Source of the DNA: Myxococcota bacterium
GTDB taxonomy: Bacteria > Myxococcota_A > SURF-8 > G963663525
Length of the DNA stretch: 64,000 nt
Assembly (NCBI GenBank): GCA_963676915.2
Contig: CAXXVK010000072.1
Coordinates: 128,001 to 192,000 of the forward strand
Reading direction: 5' to 3'
The notes under the pieces are model-generated. The model had not been told where the DNA came from. It saw only the letters and a program-made list of their open reading frames with translations, and made no database searches. This document shows positions 9,542-17,711 of the stretch, one piece after another. The first letter of the stretch is position 1. Each line of letters starts with the position of its first letter. Both the position numbers and the translations under genes were made by a program.

Positions 9542-9597
9542 AAAGTCTTTGTCGGTCCTCAAAATCAAGGTCTTTCAGCAAAACATTGATTCAATCG

Positions 9598-9623
9598 GCA
9601 GGTCGGGTGGTTTTCACCCGGCA
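9598..9623 (+). repeat. REP-like palindrome, family B copy 1
   Basis: GCAGGTCGGGTG-gtttt-CACCCGGC; near-identical to 15298-15320. Confidence 0.55.
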
Positions 9624-9656
9624 ATTTTCCTAAAAAAATCACGCCTCAATACAGGT

Positions 9657-9859
9657 GGGTGCATCACAAAATGGTGCGAATAGGCCCAATACTATTGAAG
9701 CATTCATTCATTTGGTTGTAGCGGCGAGGCGTAAGCCCGCCGAAAAGGGAGATTGGGGGTATAAAAGCAACTTTCAAAAAGGCAAAAACGGCGGGCTTAC
9801 GCCTCGCCGCTACGAAAAAAGAGGATTTTACGAAAGTCGCTATATTTTGTGATGCACCC
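9657..9859. mobile_element. MITE (non-autonomous IS derivative)
   Basis: Perfect 16-bp TIRs GGGTGCATCACAAAAT / ATTTTGTGATGCACCC, flanked by direct repeat AATACAGGT at 9648-9656 and 9860-9868; no transposase. Confidence 0.85.
9718..9813. repeat. REP doublet (REPIN-like) nested in the MITE
   Basis: Perfect 25-bp inverted repeat GTAGCGGCGAGGCGTAAGCCCGCCG (9718-9742 and 9789-9813); each unit is GTAG plus an internal palindrome. Confidence 0.8.
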
Positions 9860-9886
9860 AATACAGGTTTTCCAGTACAAAACGGT

Positions 9887-9915
9887 TTGTCAATTGCCAT
9901 GGTTTCGGGTATAAC
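9887..9915 (+). promoter_or_regulatory. sigma70-type promoter
   Basis: TTGTCA-17 bp-TATAAC upstream of the 9952 gene. Confidence 0.5.
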
Positions 9916-9951
9916 GGGAACGTTTTCACCCACCTGATGACGAGGTTGACG

Positions 9952-10743
9952 ATGCATCGCAAACTATCGGTTTTTGTTGTTGTAAGCTTGGTTTTCGGAT
10001 TTTCTTTTTCCGTATGGTCCCAGGAAGTGGTTCCCGGACTCCAACCTGCCGCGAACCCCAATGCCACCGTCCAGGAGATTCTTGCAGGTTGTGACAAGGT
10101 GACATACGGCTTCAAAGATTCGTGGATGGATGTCAAAATGGTCATTCGTGATACGGATGGCACCGAAAAGCATTACTTGTTGGAGTTTATGCAGAAAGAT
10201 GAATACAAGCGACTGATCACCTTTAAAAGTGCCGAAGCCAAGGGAATGCGGGTGCTGTTTCGCAGCCAGGATGAGATGTACATCTACCTTCCGTCGTTCA
10301 AACGGGTACGACGCCTGGCTCAGCACAACATGAAAGAAAAATTCATGGGTTCGGACGTGACGAACCAGGAGATGGGTTCAGTCTGGTATGCTGTTGATTA
10401 TACGGGGAAAATGGTGAAGCAGGATGACAAATACTGGTGGATCGAAGTTACGCCGAAACCCGGAATCAGCGATCCTTTCGTCAAACGTATCCTCAAAATC
10501 AACAAAAAACGCTACGACCTGGAAGGCGTCGATTTCTTCGAAAAAGGGCGCGATACCCCAGTAAAACGGATGTACATCGATCCCGAATTCGTCAATTACG
10601 GGCAAGTCTGGCGGTCCAAAGCTATCACATGGCGCGATCTGGACACGGGACACGAAACCACGACCGAAGTTCACGGTTTCAAAGTCAACCAGGGTATCAA
10701 GGACAAACTGTTCACCAAGCGAAACCTGCAATGGGGGCGTTGA
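9952..10743 (+). CDS. outer-membrane lipoprotein-sorting (LolA-like) protein
   Basis: Signal peptide; 'MYIYLPSFKRVRRL', 'FMGSDVTNQEM', 'NQGIKDKLFTKRNL'. Alternative start 9937. Confidence 0.85.
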   Translation: MHRKLSVFVVVSLVFGFSFSVWSQEVVPGLQPAANPNATVQEILAGCDKVTYGFKDSWMDVKMVIRDTDGTEKHYLLEFMQKDEYKRLITFKSAEAKGMRVLFRSQDEMYIYLPSFKRVRRLAQHNMKEKFMGSDVTNQEMGSVWYAVDYTGKMVKQDDKYWWIEVTPKPGISDPFVKRILKINKKRYDLEGVDFFEKGRDTPVKRMYIDPEFVNYGQVWRSKAITWRDLDTGHETTTEVHGFKVNQGIKDKLFTKRNLQWGR

Positions 10744-10793
10744 GGAATTCCCTCGTGCTTCTATCGCCTGTTGGCGTCGATCGGTTTTGATTC

Positions 10794-11726
10794 ATGGCAA
10801 ATGCTGAGTCTACATGGCTCCATGGGGTGCGAAGCCGTCAGATCGACGTGTACGCCGGGTTGATCCTCGTACAGTTGTTTTTCGGTACGTTTCCCGTTGC
10901 CGGGAAGATCGTATTGGGGCATTTTTCGCCGTGGGCCATGATGGGCCTTCGGATGACGGCCACGAGCGTCATTCTGTTTGTCTTGTCCTGGGTTTTGGGC
11001 GTACTGTCCCTGCCGACTCTAAGGCAGCTCGGATACGTGGTGTTGTGCAGCTTTTTCGGAATTGTACTGAATCAGGCTTTGTTTCTTCATGGTCTGGCGC
11101 GCACCACGGCATCCAATGCGGCGATTTTGATGGTGCAGATTCCCGTGTTCACGTTCAGTGCCGCTGTTTTGTTGCGGATGGAGCGCCTCACCGGTAGGCG
11201 ATTGTTAGGGTTGCTTTGCGGGCTGGCCGGAGTTCTCGTCCTGTTGAAAGTCGAGACGTTTTCCTTTGTAGCCGAGCACCAGTTCGGTAATCTACTGATT
11301 CTTTTCAACACGATGAGTTACACCGTTTATCTCCTGGTTTCCAAAAAAGTTCTGCCCCAGATGAACCCGTTGAATTTCGTGACGTGGTTTATTTTTATCG
11401 GGGCTGTGATGATTCAACCCCTATCGTTGAAACCGATGCTGGAAGAAGTGGTATTGGAAGCCGACCTAAAAGTTTGGTTAGCTTTGGGTTGGATTATTCT
11501 CATGATTACGGTCGTGAATTACTTTTTGAATGCTTATGCCTTGCAGAATATTGCCGCGTCGATTGTCGCTGCTTTCGTGTATCTCCAGACCGTCGTCGGA
11601 ATCGGTCTGGCTATCGTGATGCTGGACGAACGCTTGAGTCTGCGTACAGCGCTTGCGGCGCTTCTGGTGTTTTCCGGTGTGTACCTCGTTACGTTGCAAT
11701 CGTCGTCATCGAAAAAAAAGAGATAA
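10794..11726 (+). CDS. DMT/EamA family transporter
   Basis: About 10 TM helices in two EamA repeats; 'GLARTTASNAAIL', 'AFVYLQTVVG'. Confidence 0.9.
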   Translation: MANAESTWLHGVRSRQIDVYAGLILVQLFFGTFPVAGKIVLGHFSPWAMMGLRMTATSVILFVLSWVLGVLSLPTLRQLGYVVLCSFFGIVLNQALFLHGLARTTASNAAILMVQIPVFTFSAAVLLRMERLTGRRLLGLLCGLAGVLVLLKVETFSFVAEHQFGNLLILFNTMSYTVYLLVSKKVLPQMNPLNFVTWFIFIGAVMIQPLSLKPMLEEVVLEADLKVWLALGWIILMITVVNYFLNAYALQNIAASIVAAFVYLQTVVGIGLAIVMLDERLSLRTALAALLVFSGVYLVTLQSSSSKKKR

Positions 11727-11810
11727 ACACCGAAAACGATTTTCTCTTTCGAGATTGGGTCAAATCGGGTATTTTCTTGCAAAATTCTAATTAAATTGAG
11801 GACCAGAGCG

Positions 11811-14213
11811 ATGAAGTTTTTTTCTTTTACTCTGTTGGCTTTGTTTTTTGCTGGAATCCTGCTTTTGGGTGGGTGTTCCTCCGACAACGACGACGTAACG
11901 CAAAATCCACCAGGTGACGAAGATAGCGACACCGTCGAAATCGTTGGGGAAACCGACGAGGAATCCGTCGAGGATGATGTGTTCCAACCCCCTGAAGTTA
12001 CTTGCGAAACACCGTGGGAACTCGATTCGGAACCCTGGACGCCAACGGCGACTTACCAAGATGTTGCCTATCGGCAGAAGCAATCCAGGCTGGTCGAGGA
12101 TGGTCTGCCACTCGTGACGATCGACGGTGTGGACGGACAGCAGCCTGCTGTGTTTGCCGTGGTGGCGTTGGAAAGTTCTCGCAGCGTGCTGGCGGCGACG
12201 GGTTCGGGCCTGTTTACGATTACGGAGATGGGAGAGACGGAAAAAGTCACGACCTGGCCGGAAGTTTCTTATGACCGGTTCATGCGTCTCGATGACACAA
12301 CGTATGCCGCCATTTCCGGTCGAACGTTGTATGTCGGTGGAGTCGATGCCGCGCCGACCTCTACGGAACTCGATCAGGACATTCGCGCTACCGTGGTGTC
12401 AAGTAATGGAAATCTTTGGGTTATTAAGGAATCTTCGGAGATTCTGTTGCTGGATGTCTCGACCGGTCAAACTTTGGAAACCTATGGACCTTCGGCGGCG
12501 TTTCAGGTCAACGATCTGTGTGAGTGGAATGGTAAACTCGAGTTGGGTACGACTTTGGGAGTCTGGGAAGTGGATCGTAGCGACGGTTCGCAGCAGGTCA
12601 AGGTCGCTGCCGAATCTTTACCCAAACCGGATGTGCGAGGGGTCGAATGCCTGGACAATGAAAGCCTTTGGTTAGCTACGGAAAACGGGTTGATCGGTGT
12701 CGAGGGAGAGACGTTGACGATCTTAAGGGGGAGTCAGGGATTGCCCTATCGGGATCTGCAAGGAATTTCTCGTAATTCCGAGGGGTTGTTGCTGCTAAAG
12801 ACTGAAAAAGGCTTGATCACCTACAAACCGGAAACGCAGGCGTGGGATTATTTCCATACCCGTTATTGGGTGCCGAACTGGTTTATTTATGATGTGGCTT
12901 GGCTGCCCGATGGAACGCTGTTCATTGCGACCCAGGGAGGTCTTGGTATCGTGTATACCACAGCGATGACTTTGGCCGACAAGGCTGCGGTGATCGATCT
13001 GGGCTACTATACCCGTCACAATCGCTATGGCATGTTTTCACAATGTCGTTTGGGCGCTCCGGGGGATTTGTCCCAGCCGCTGGTAAATGACGACGACAAC
13101 GACGGGCAGTGGACCAACCAGTATCTGGCTTCTCAATGTTTTCGGTATGCCGTAACCGGTGACGAGACGGCGCGCCAATATGCCTCGGAAGCGGCGGAGG
13201 CGATGCTTAAACTGCTGAACGTGACGGGTAAGCAGGGGTTCTTCTCGCGCTCGATCGTTCCGCCGGATGAGTGCCTGCAAAAACTCGCCTGCACGCCGGA
13301 TTGTGGAGAATGGCATGCGTACCAGGAGGAGAACGGCGAGCAGTGGTGCTGGAAGGGCGATACCTCGACCGATGAATATGTCGGACATATGTTCGGACTG
13401 TCGCTGTTTTACGATCTCGTGGCTGATGAAACCCAGAAACAGGCGGTGCGCGAAGCCTATTCGGAATTGCACCTGGGGATCATCGAACACGGCTTCACCA
13501 TCGAAGATATCGACGGCGAGGTGACTACGCACGGGCAGTTTTCGCCGGAATTCATGGATATTTTCGGACGTTTTGGAGACGCCGGGCTGAACTCGGCGAT
13601 GGTTCTCGGCGGTCTGCGTGCCACCTACCACATGACGGGCGATACACGTTTTCTCGAAGCGTTTTATTATCTCGCCGTGGAGCAAGGATACACCGACTGG
13701 GTAAGCCGCATCCAGGAAATCAACCACATTGCCCACATCAACCACGATGCGGAGGAAATGTCTTTTCTCGCGCTGTCCACGCTGATTCGATACGAAACCG
13801 ATCCCTGCCTAATGGCGTATTGGCAAAAAGGGCTGGATTGGCTGTGGGAGTCTCAGCGTATCGAAAACAACCCTGAATTCAATATGTTGTACGCCTGGAT
13901 GCGCAAAGCGAACGAAAACGATCTCGATCATTCGATTCAAACTCTGAAAGAAATGTATCTGAACGGGATCAAGTGGGAGGTGATCAACAGCCATCGCGCC
14001 GACTACGAAATGGACCCCGAGATCGACCGCCACGGCGACGAACAGGCCACCACCGTGTTTCCCTATGATCAGGATCAGGCAATGCGCTGGAGCGAAAATC
14101 CCTTCCGTCTCGACCACCCTGGCGACGGTCGCCTGGAAGAAATGATGCATCCCTGGTTGTTGCCCTACTGGCTCGGGCGTTATCTGGGTTTGATTTCGGA
14201 ACCTCAGAAGTGA
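11811..14213 (+). CDS. lipoprotein: beta-propeller plus putative (alpha/alpha)-barrel domain, function unknown
   Basis: Lipobox LGGC; propeller repeats 'LWLATENGL', 'LFIATQGGL'; C-domain motifs 'DNDGQWT', 'WKGDTSTDEY', 'WLLPYWLGRY'. Confidence 0.75.
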   Translation: MKFFSFTLLALFFAGILLLGGCSSDNDDVTQNPPGDEDSDTVEIVGETDEESVEDDVFQPPEVTCETPWELDSEPWTPTATYQDVAYRQKQSRLVEDGLPLVTIDGVDGQQPAVFAVVALESSRSVLAATGSGLFTITEMGETEKVTTWPEVSYDRFMRLDDTTYAAISGRTLYVGGVDAAPTSTELDQDIRATVVSSNGNLWVIKESSEILLLDVSTGQTLETYGPSAAFQVNDLCEWNGKLELGTTLGVWEVDRSDGSQQVKVAAESLPKPDVRGVECLDNESLWLATENGLIGVEGETLTILRGSQGLPYRDLQGISRNSEGLLLLKTEKGLITYKPETQAWDYFHTRYWVPNWFIYDVAWLPDGTLFIATQGGLGIVYTTAMTLADKAAVIDLGYYTRHNRYGMFSQCRLGAPGDLSQPLVNDDDNDGQWTNQYLASQCFRYAVTGDETARQYASEAAEAMLKLLNVTGKQGFFSRSIVPPDECLQKLACTPDCGEWHAYQEENGEQWCWKGDTSTDEYVGHMFGLSLFYDLVADETQKQAVREAYSELHLGIIEHGFTIEDIDGEVTTHGQFSPEFMDIFGRFGDAGLNSAMVLGGLRATYHMTGDTRFLEAFYYLAVEQGYTDWVSRIQEINHIAHINHDAEEMSFLALSTLIRYETDPCLMAYWQKGLDWLWESQRIENNPEFNMLYAWMRKANENDLDHSIQTLKEMYLNGIKWEVINSHRADYEMDPEIDRHGDEQATTVFPYDQDQAMRWSENPFRLDHPGDGRLEEMMHPWLLPYWLGRYLGLISEPQK

Positions 14214-14234
14214 GGAGTCTTTTAGAAGAAATCC

Positions 14235-15155
14235 CTACTTCATAACGACGGAGTCATCCTTTCCCCCCGGAATCGTAGGTGAATTCGGTGTTTCCACCGC
14301 TACCGTTGCCGGTCGAAGATCTTCGGCGTTTTGTGGCAGGATTTTGAACTCGCCGAAGCTGACGTGCAAAAAACCCGTAATCGACGCGAAACGGGTGCCT
14401 TCCGCCGGTTTTTCGTAGCGGTAGAGGGTGTCATCTACGACCAAGCCTCCAGTTGTTCGGAAACGACCGTATCCTATATTCGGTTTCATGACCGACACGT
14501 CGGAGACTTTGACCAGCCTATGTTTCCATTCATAGGCGGTGGCGCTGGCCGTGGCGACATCCTCGGGACGAATCTCTTGCGGTTTCGGCAACGTAACGTG
14601 GTTTCCTGTGGGTTTTATGCTTCCTTTTCTTCCCCGATAGGGCGTCAGTTCAAGCTGTGTGGAGCAATGGGGGTAGCGTGTCGGCGGAATTCCGCAGAAT
14701 TCCCGGTAGGTTGCCGTTACGTCGATCACGTCCCCGACCGCCAGTTTCGGAGGATCGTAGCCGTACTTCGGAGCGTCGGCGGTAGGCTTCCAGGTCAGCA
14801 TTGCACCGGACTTTGGACCGAAGCCGGAATCGGCAACGAAACGACCTCGTAACCCCTTTTTACCAATAGGAAACGACTCGGAGGTAACGACCAGCCCATG
14901 TAGGGTTACCGTGCCTTGGGGGCTTCGTTTGTCATCAGCAAGGCGGTTCAATGTGGAGAGGGTAGGTGGCTGATTTTTAGCTTGATCCTGCCGAAAAGGG
15001 TCATAGCGTTTCGTGGCTTGTTTCATCGCCTGTGTATCTTCAAGGGAGGTGTTTTGCTCCGGGTACGGGCAACAGGATTGGTCGCAACCCCACCAAAGGG
15101 TGCTCCAGCCCAACAGGAGAGCCAGTCCGATGACACGTTTCTTTACAAATTCCAT
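14235..15155 (-). CDS. exported protein with tandem OB-fold-like domains
   Basis: N-terminal signal/lipobox; 'VGDVIDVTATYREF...TQL' and 'SITGFLHVSFGEFKILP' resemble OB folds of extracellular nuclease-associated domains. Confidence 0.6.
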   Translation of the reverse strand: MEFVKKRVIGLALLLGWSTLWWGCDQSCCPYPEQNTSLEDTQAMKQATKRYDPFRQDQAKNQPPTLSTLNRLADDKRSPQGTVTLHGLVVTSESFPIGKKGLRGRFVADSGFGPKSGAMLTWKPTADAPKYGYDPPKLAVGDVIDVTATYREFCGIPPTRYPHCSTQLELTPYRGRKGSIKPTGNHVTLPKPQEIRPEDVATASATAYEWKHRLVKVSDVSVMKPNIGYGRFRTTGGLVVDDTLYRYEKPAEGTRFASITGFLHVSFGEFKILPQNAEDLRPATVAVETPNSPTIPGGKDDSVVMK

Positions 15156-15297
15156 AAGAATACCCTGTAAATATTAAATTAATCTTATGTAGGTTTATAT
15201 GTTGCATGTATGAGAGGTAAAAGTCAACTAAAAATGTGATAAAGAATAATAAATGACAACATGATAAGCGCAATAGATTATAAGTTCTTCTGGGAAA

Positions 15298-15367
15298 CAG
15301 GTCGGGTGATTTCACCCGACATTTTTCGAAAAAAGACCTTTGTGCCGGGCAAGAAATTTACCCGACC
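15298..15367. repeat. REP-like doublet, family B copy 2
   Basis: CAGGTCGGGTG-attt-CACCCGAC followed by an inverted degenerate copy GCCGGGCAAgaaaTTTACCCGACC. Confidence 0.55.
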
Positions 15368-15482
15368 GATTTACTTATTACAGATATAGGAGAATGGTTG
15401 TCGACGTGGATGCTCTACCGCGTAACAATACACTTCATAAGTACTGATAAAGCTACCGCTTCTAATGTACGACGTGAGAGAC

Positions 15483-16619
15483 TTACCAGTCGAACAATTG
15501 CGAAATGCCGAACGCTGCCAACGGCAGAAGGTAAAACACGCCGATGATGAAGAAAAATGCCACGCGCTTCTTTTCAACCGCGATTTCCGATAGTTTTCGG
15601 GCGATAGCCAATGGAATTTTGCGCATCGGTTTGATCCAGTACACGATGACCATACCGGTGAGATTGAAGCAGAGGTGTACGAAGGCGATGATCAGGCCGT
15701 TGACGTTTCCGGCCAATGAGGCCAGAATGGCGGTAATCGTTGTGCCGATATTCGCTCCGATGGTGATCGGGAACGCAACTTCCAGGCTCATGGCTCCGGC
15801 AGCGATCAACGGCACCAGCATGGATGTCGTAATGGAACTCGATTGAATGATGGCGGTCAGAATCATTCCGATAACCATGGCAAACACGGGATTCGCACCG
15901 AAAAGCCGGTCGATGGCGCGTTCCATTTTGCTGAGCATCAAAGCCCGCATGTTTTTCACGATGAAAATCAATACGATGAACAGCAAGCCCAGGGAAATAC
16001 CAATCATGAGTATCCCGGAGACGAACGGGTCCAATCCGAACGTGTCGAGGAACAGGGTTTTGACCATTCCCGTAGCGGGTTTCACGATGGCTTTGAGCGG
16101 GCTATGGAAATGAACGCCGGATGTTCCAGTGAAGACATGGGCTAGAGCCGTTGCCATTTTGGCAAGGTAACCCGTCATTATTTCCAGGGGAAGCAGGATA
16201 ATCACGGTCACGAAATTGAACATATCGTGGACGGTCGCCCCGGCAAAGGCACGGCGGAATTCGGTTTTATTCCCGATATGACCCAAGCTAACGATCAAGT
16301 TGGTAACCGAGGTGCCGATGTTTGCACCCATGATAATAGGAATGGCGTTGGGTACCGTAATCACGCCACCGGATACCATACCGACGACCATGGAGGTGGT
16401 AAACGACGAACTTTGCACCACCGCTGTGGCGAGAATGCCGATCATCAACCCGGTAAAGGGATTGGATGTGGCCGAGATCAACGCTTCGGCTGTTTCCTTG
16501 CCCAGCAGCTTGAAGGACGAACCCATCAAGCCGATAGCCACGAAAAACATGTAAAGCAGGAGCATAAACGCAAAAATGCGTAGCCATGTGGTCACTCGCG
16601 AAACAGGCTGTTGTTCCAT
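15483..16619 (-). CDS. nptA: Na+/phosphate cotransporter
   Basis: Two repeats 'VQSSSFTTS...GANIGTS' and 'IQSSSITTS...GANIGTT'; 'FAGATVHDMFN'. Confidence 0.9.
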   Translation of the reverse strand: MEQQPVSRVTTWLRIFAFMLLLYMFFVAIGLMGSSFKLLGKETAEALISATSNPFTGLMIGILATAVVQSSSFTTSMVVGMVSGGVITVPNAIPIIMGANIGTSVTNLIVSLGHIGNKTEFRRAFAGATVHDMFNFVTVIILLPLEIMTGYLAKMATALAHVFTGTSGVHFHSPLKAIVKPATGMVKTLFLDTFGLDPFVSGILMIGISLGLLFIVLIFIVKNMRALMLSKMERAIDRLFGANPVFAMVIGMILTAIIQSSSITTSMLVPLIAAGAMSLEVAFPITIGANIGTTITAILASLAGNVNGLIIAFVHLCFNLTGMVIVYWIKPMRKIPLAIARKLSEIAVEKKRVAFFFIIGVFYLLPLAAFGISQLFDW

Positions 16620-16879
16620 GACGTCCCTTGAATAATTGTCGATTGCCTAGCAAGCTTCCTGACCAACAGAACGCACCCCTACGTCCTGTTTTGTGTCCCT
16701 TACGTAATGGTATCGGATGGAAAAGTCAAGCCGATATACCGTTTCAAACGAAAATCGAATCGGTAAAAACCCTTGAAAAACAAGAGGTTAAAAAACTAAT
16801 GCAAAGTTAACAAATCTTAAGGCTGGAAAAGCTCAATTATTCTAACGGGTTATAGCTTTTTTTATTGGCTTGTATTCCT

Positions 16880-17188
16880 TTATCGGTTTTCCCATAAAGG
16901 CTCGACGTTTTCGAGCGCACATTCCAAGAATTCGTCGCAATCGTCGAGAGATGCGCATTGGGTCAGAGCGGTGTTGATGGTTGTGTTCGACCCCCCGACG
17001 GCTACAGCGCTACATGCCTTTATACAATCTTCCTTTTCGCTGTCCGAGAGCGGGCTCACTCGGTCGCATTCCTGCATTTTCTCACAGTATTTTTGGCATT
17101 GTTTGATCTCGGACGGCGTTAATTCGTCTCCGCAACTCCAGGTGGTTCCAACGACAACCAACAATATCAATACGAAGCATTTTTTCAT
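16880..17188 (-). CDS. small Cys-rich lipoprotein
   Basis: Lipobox TWSC; CxxxCxxxxxC...CxxxC...CxxFxxC. Confidence 0.75.
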   Translation of the reverse strand: MKKCFVLILLVVVGTTWSCGDELTPSEIKQCQKYCEKMQECDRVSPLSDSEKEDCIKACSAVAVGGSNTTINTALTQCASLDDCDEFLECALENVEPLWENR

Positions 17189-17216
17189 TGCTTGAATGTT
17201 CCTTCGGGTCTTGTAT

Positions 17217-17711
17217 CTAGTCCAGCGGGTAGGGATAGTACTCGGGGTCTTCCTCGTTTTCTATGGGTTCCTGTTCCCAATAGCAATGGACAACCTCTGT
17301 ATAGGTGTCGGCGTTTTCCTCGAATTGTTCGTAATAGGTAAACACTCCGTTTTGAATGCACGTAAGAAACGTTTCACAATCGTTCAGACGGCAACAAGCC
17401 AACCGGCGAGGATACATAAAATTGTTGTCCGGCGTGCAACGTTCGAGGCATTGGTCCAACCATTCTTCCGTCAGGTAGCCGCTTTCGTCGCATTCTCCCA
17501 GTTTGTTGCAGTAGTTTACGCACTCCTGTTCGCAGGTCAGGTTTCCCCAGTAGGCCAGCATATCCATTTCTTCAAGATCGAAGTCCGCCCGAAGTTCTAT
17601 TGTACTCGGCAAGCCTTCGTCATACGTCGTTGAATCTTCACAGCCCATGACAACCCACGTGTTCCAAACGACGCAGCAAAGCAGAAATCCTGTCGTTTGG
17701 AAGATTCTCAT
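17217..17711 (-). CDS. Cys-rich lipoprotein, paralogous to 16880-17188
   Basis: Lipobox VMGC; same Cys pattern; ATG overlaps the pgm stop (TGATG). Confidence 0.75.
   Translation of the reverse strand: MRIFQTTGFLLCCVVWNTWVVMGCEDSTTYDEGLPSTIELRADFDLEEMDMLAYWGNLTCEQECVNYCNKLGECDESGYLTEEWLDQCLERCTPDNNFMYPRRLACCRLNDCETFLTCIQNGVFTYYEQFEENADTYTEVVHCYWEQEPIENEEDPEYYPYPLD

Noticed and set aside
9598-9868. Clustered repeats as a CRISPR array
   Set aside because: Repeats are inverted, not regularly spaced direct repeats; no cas genes.
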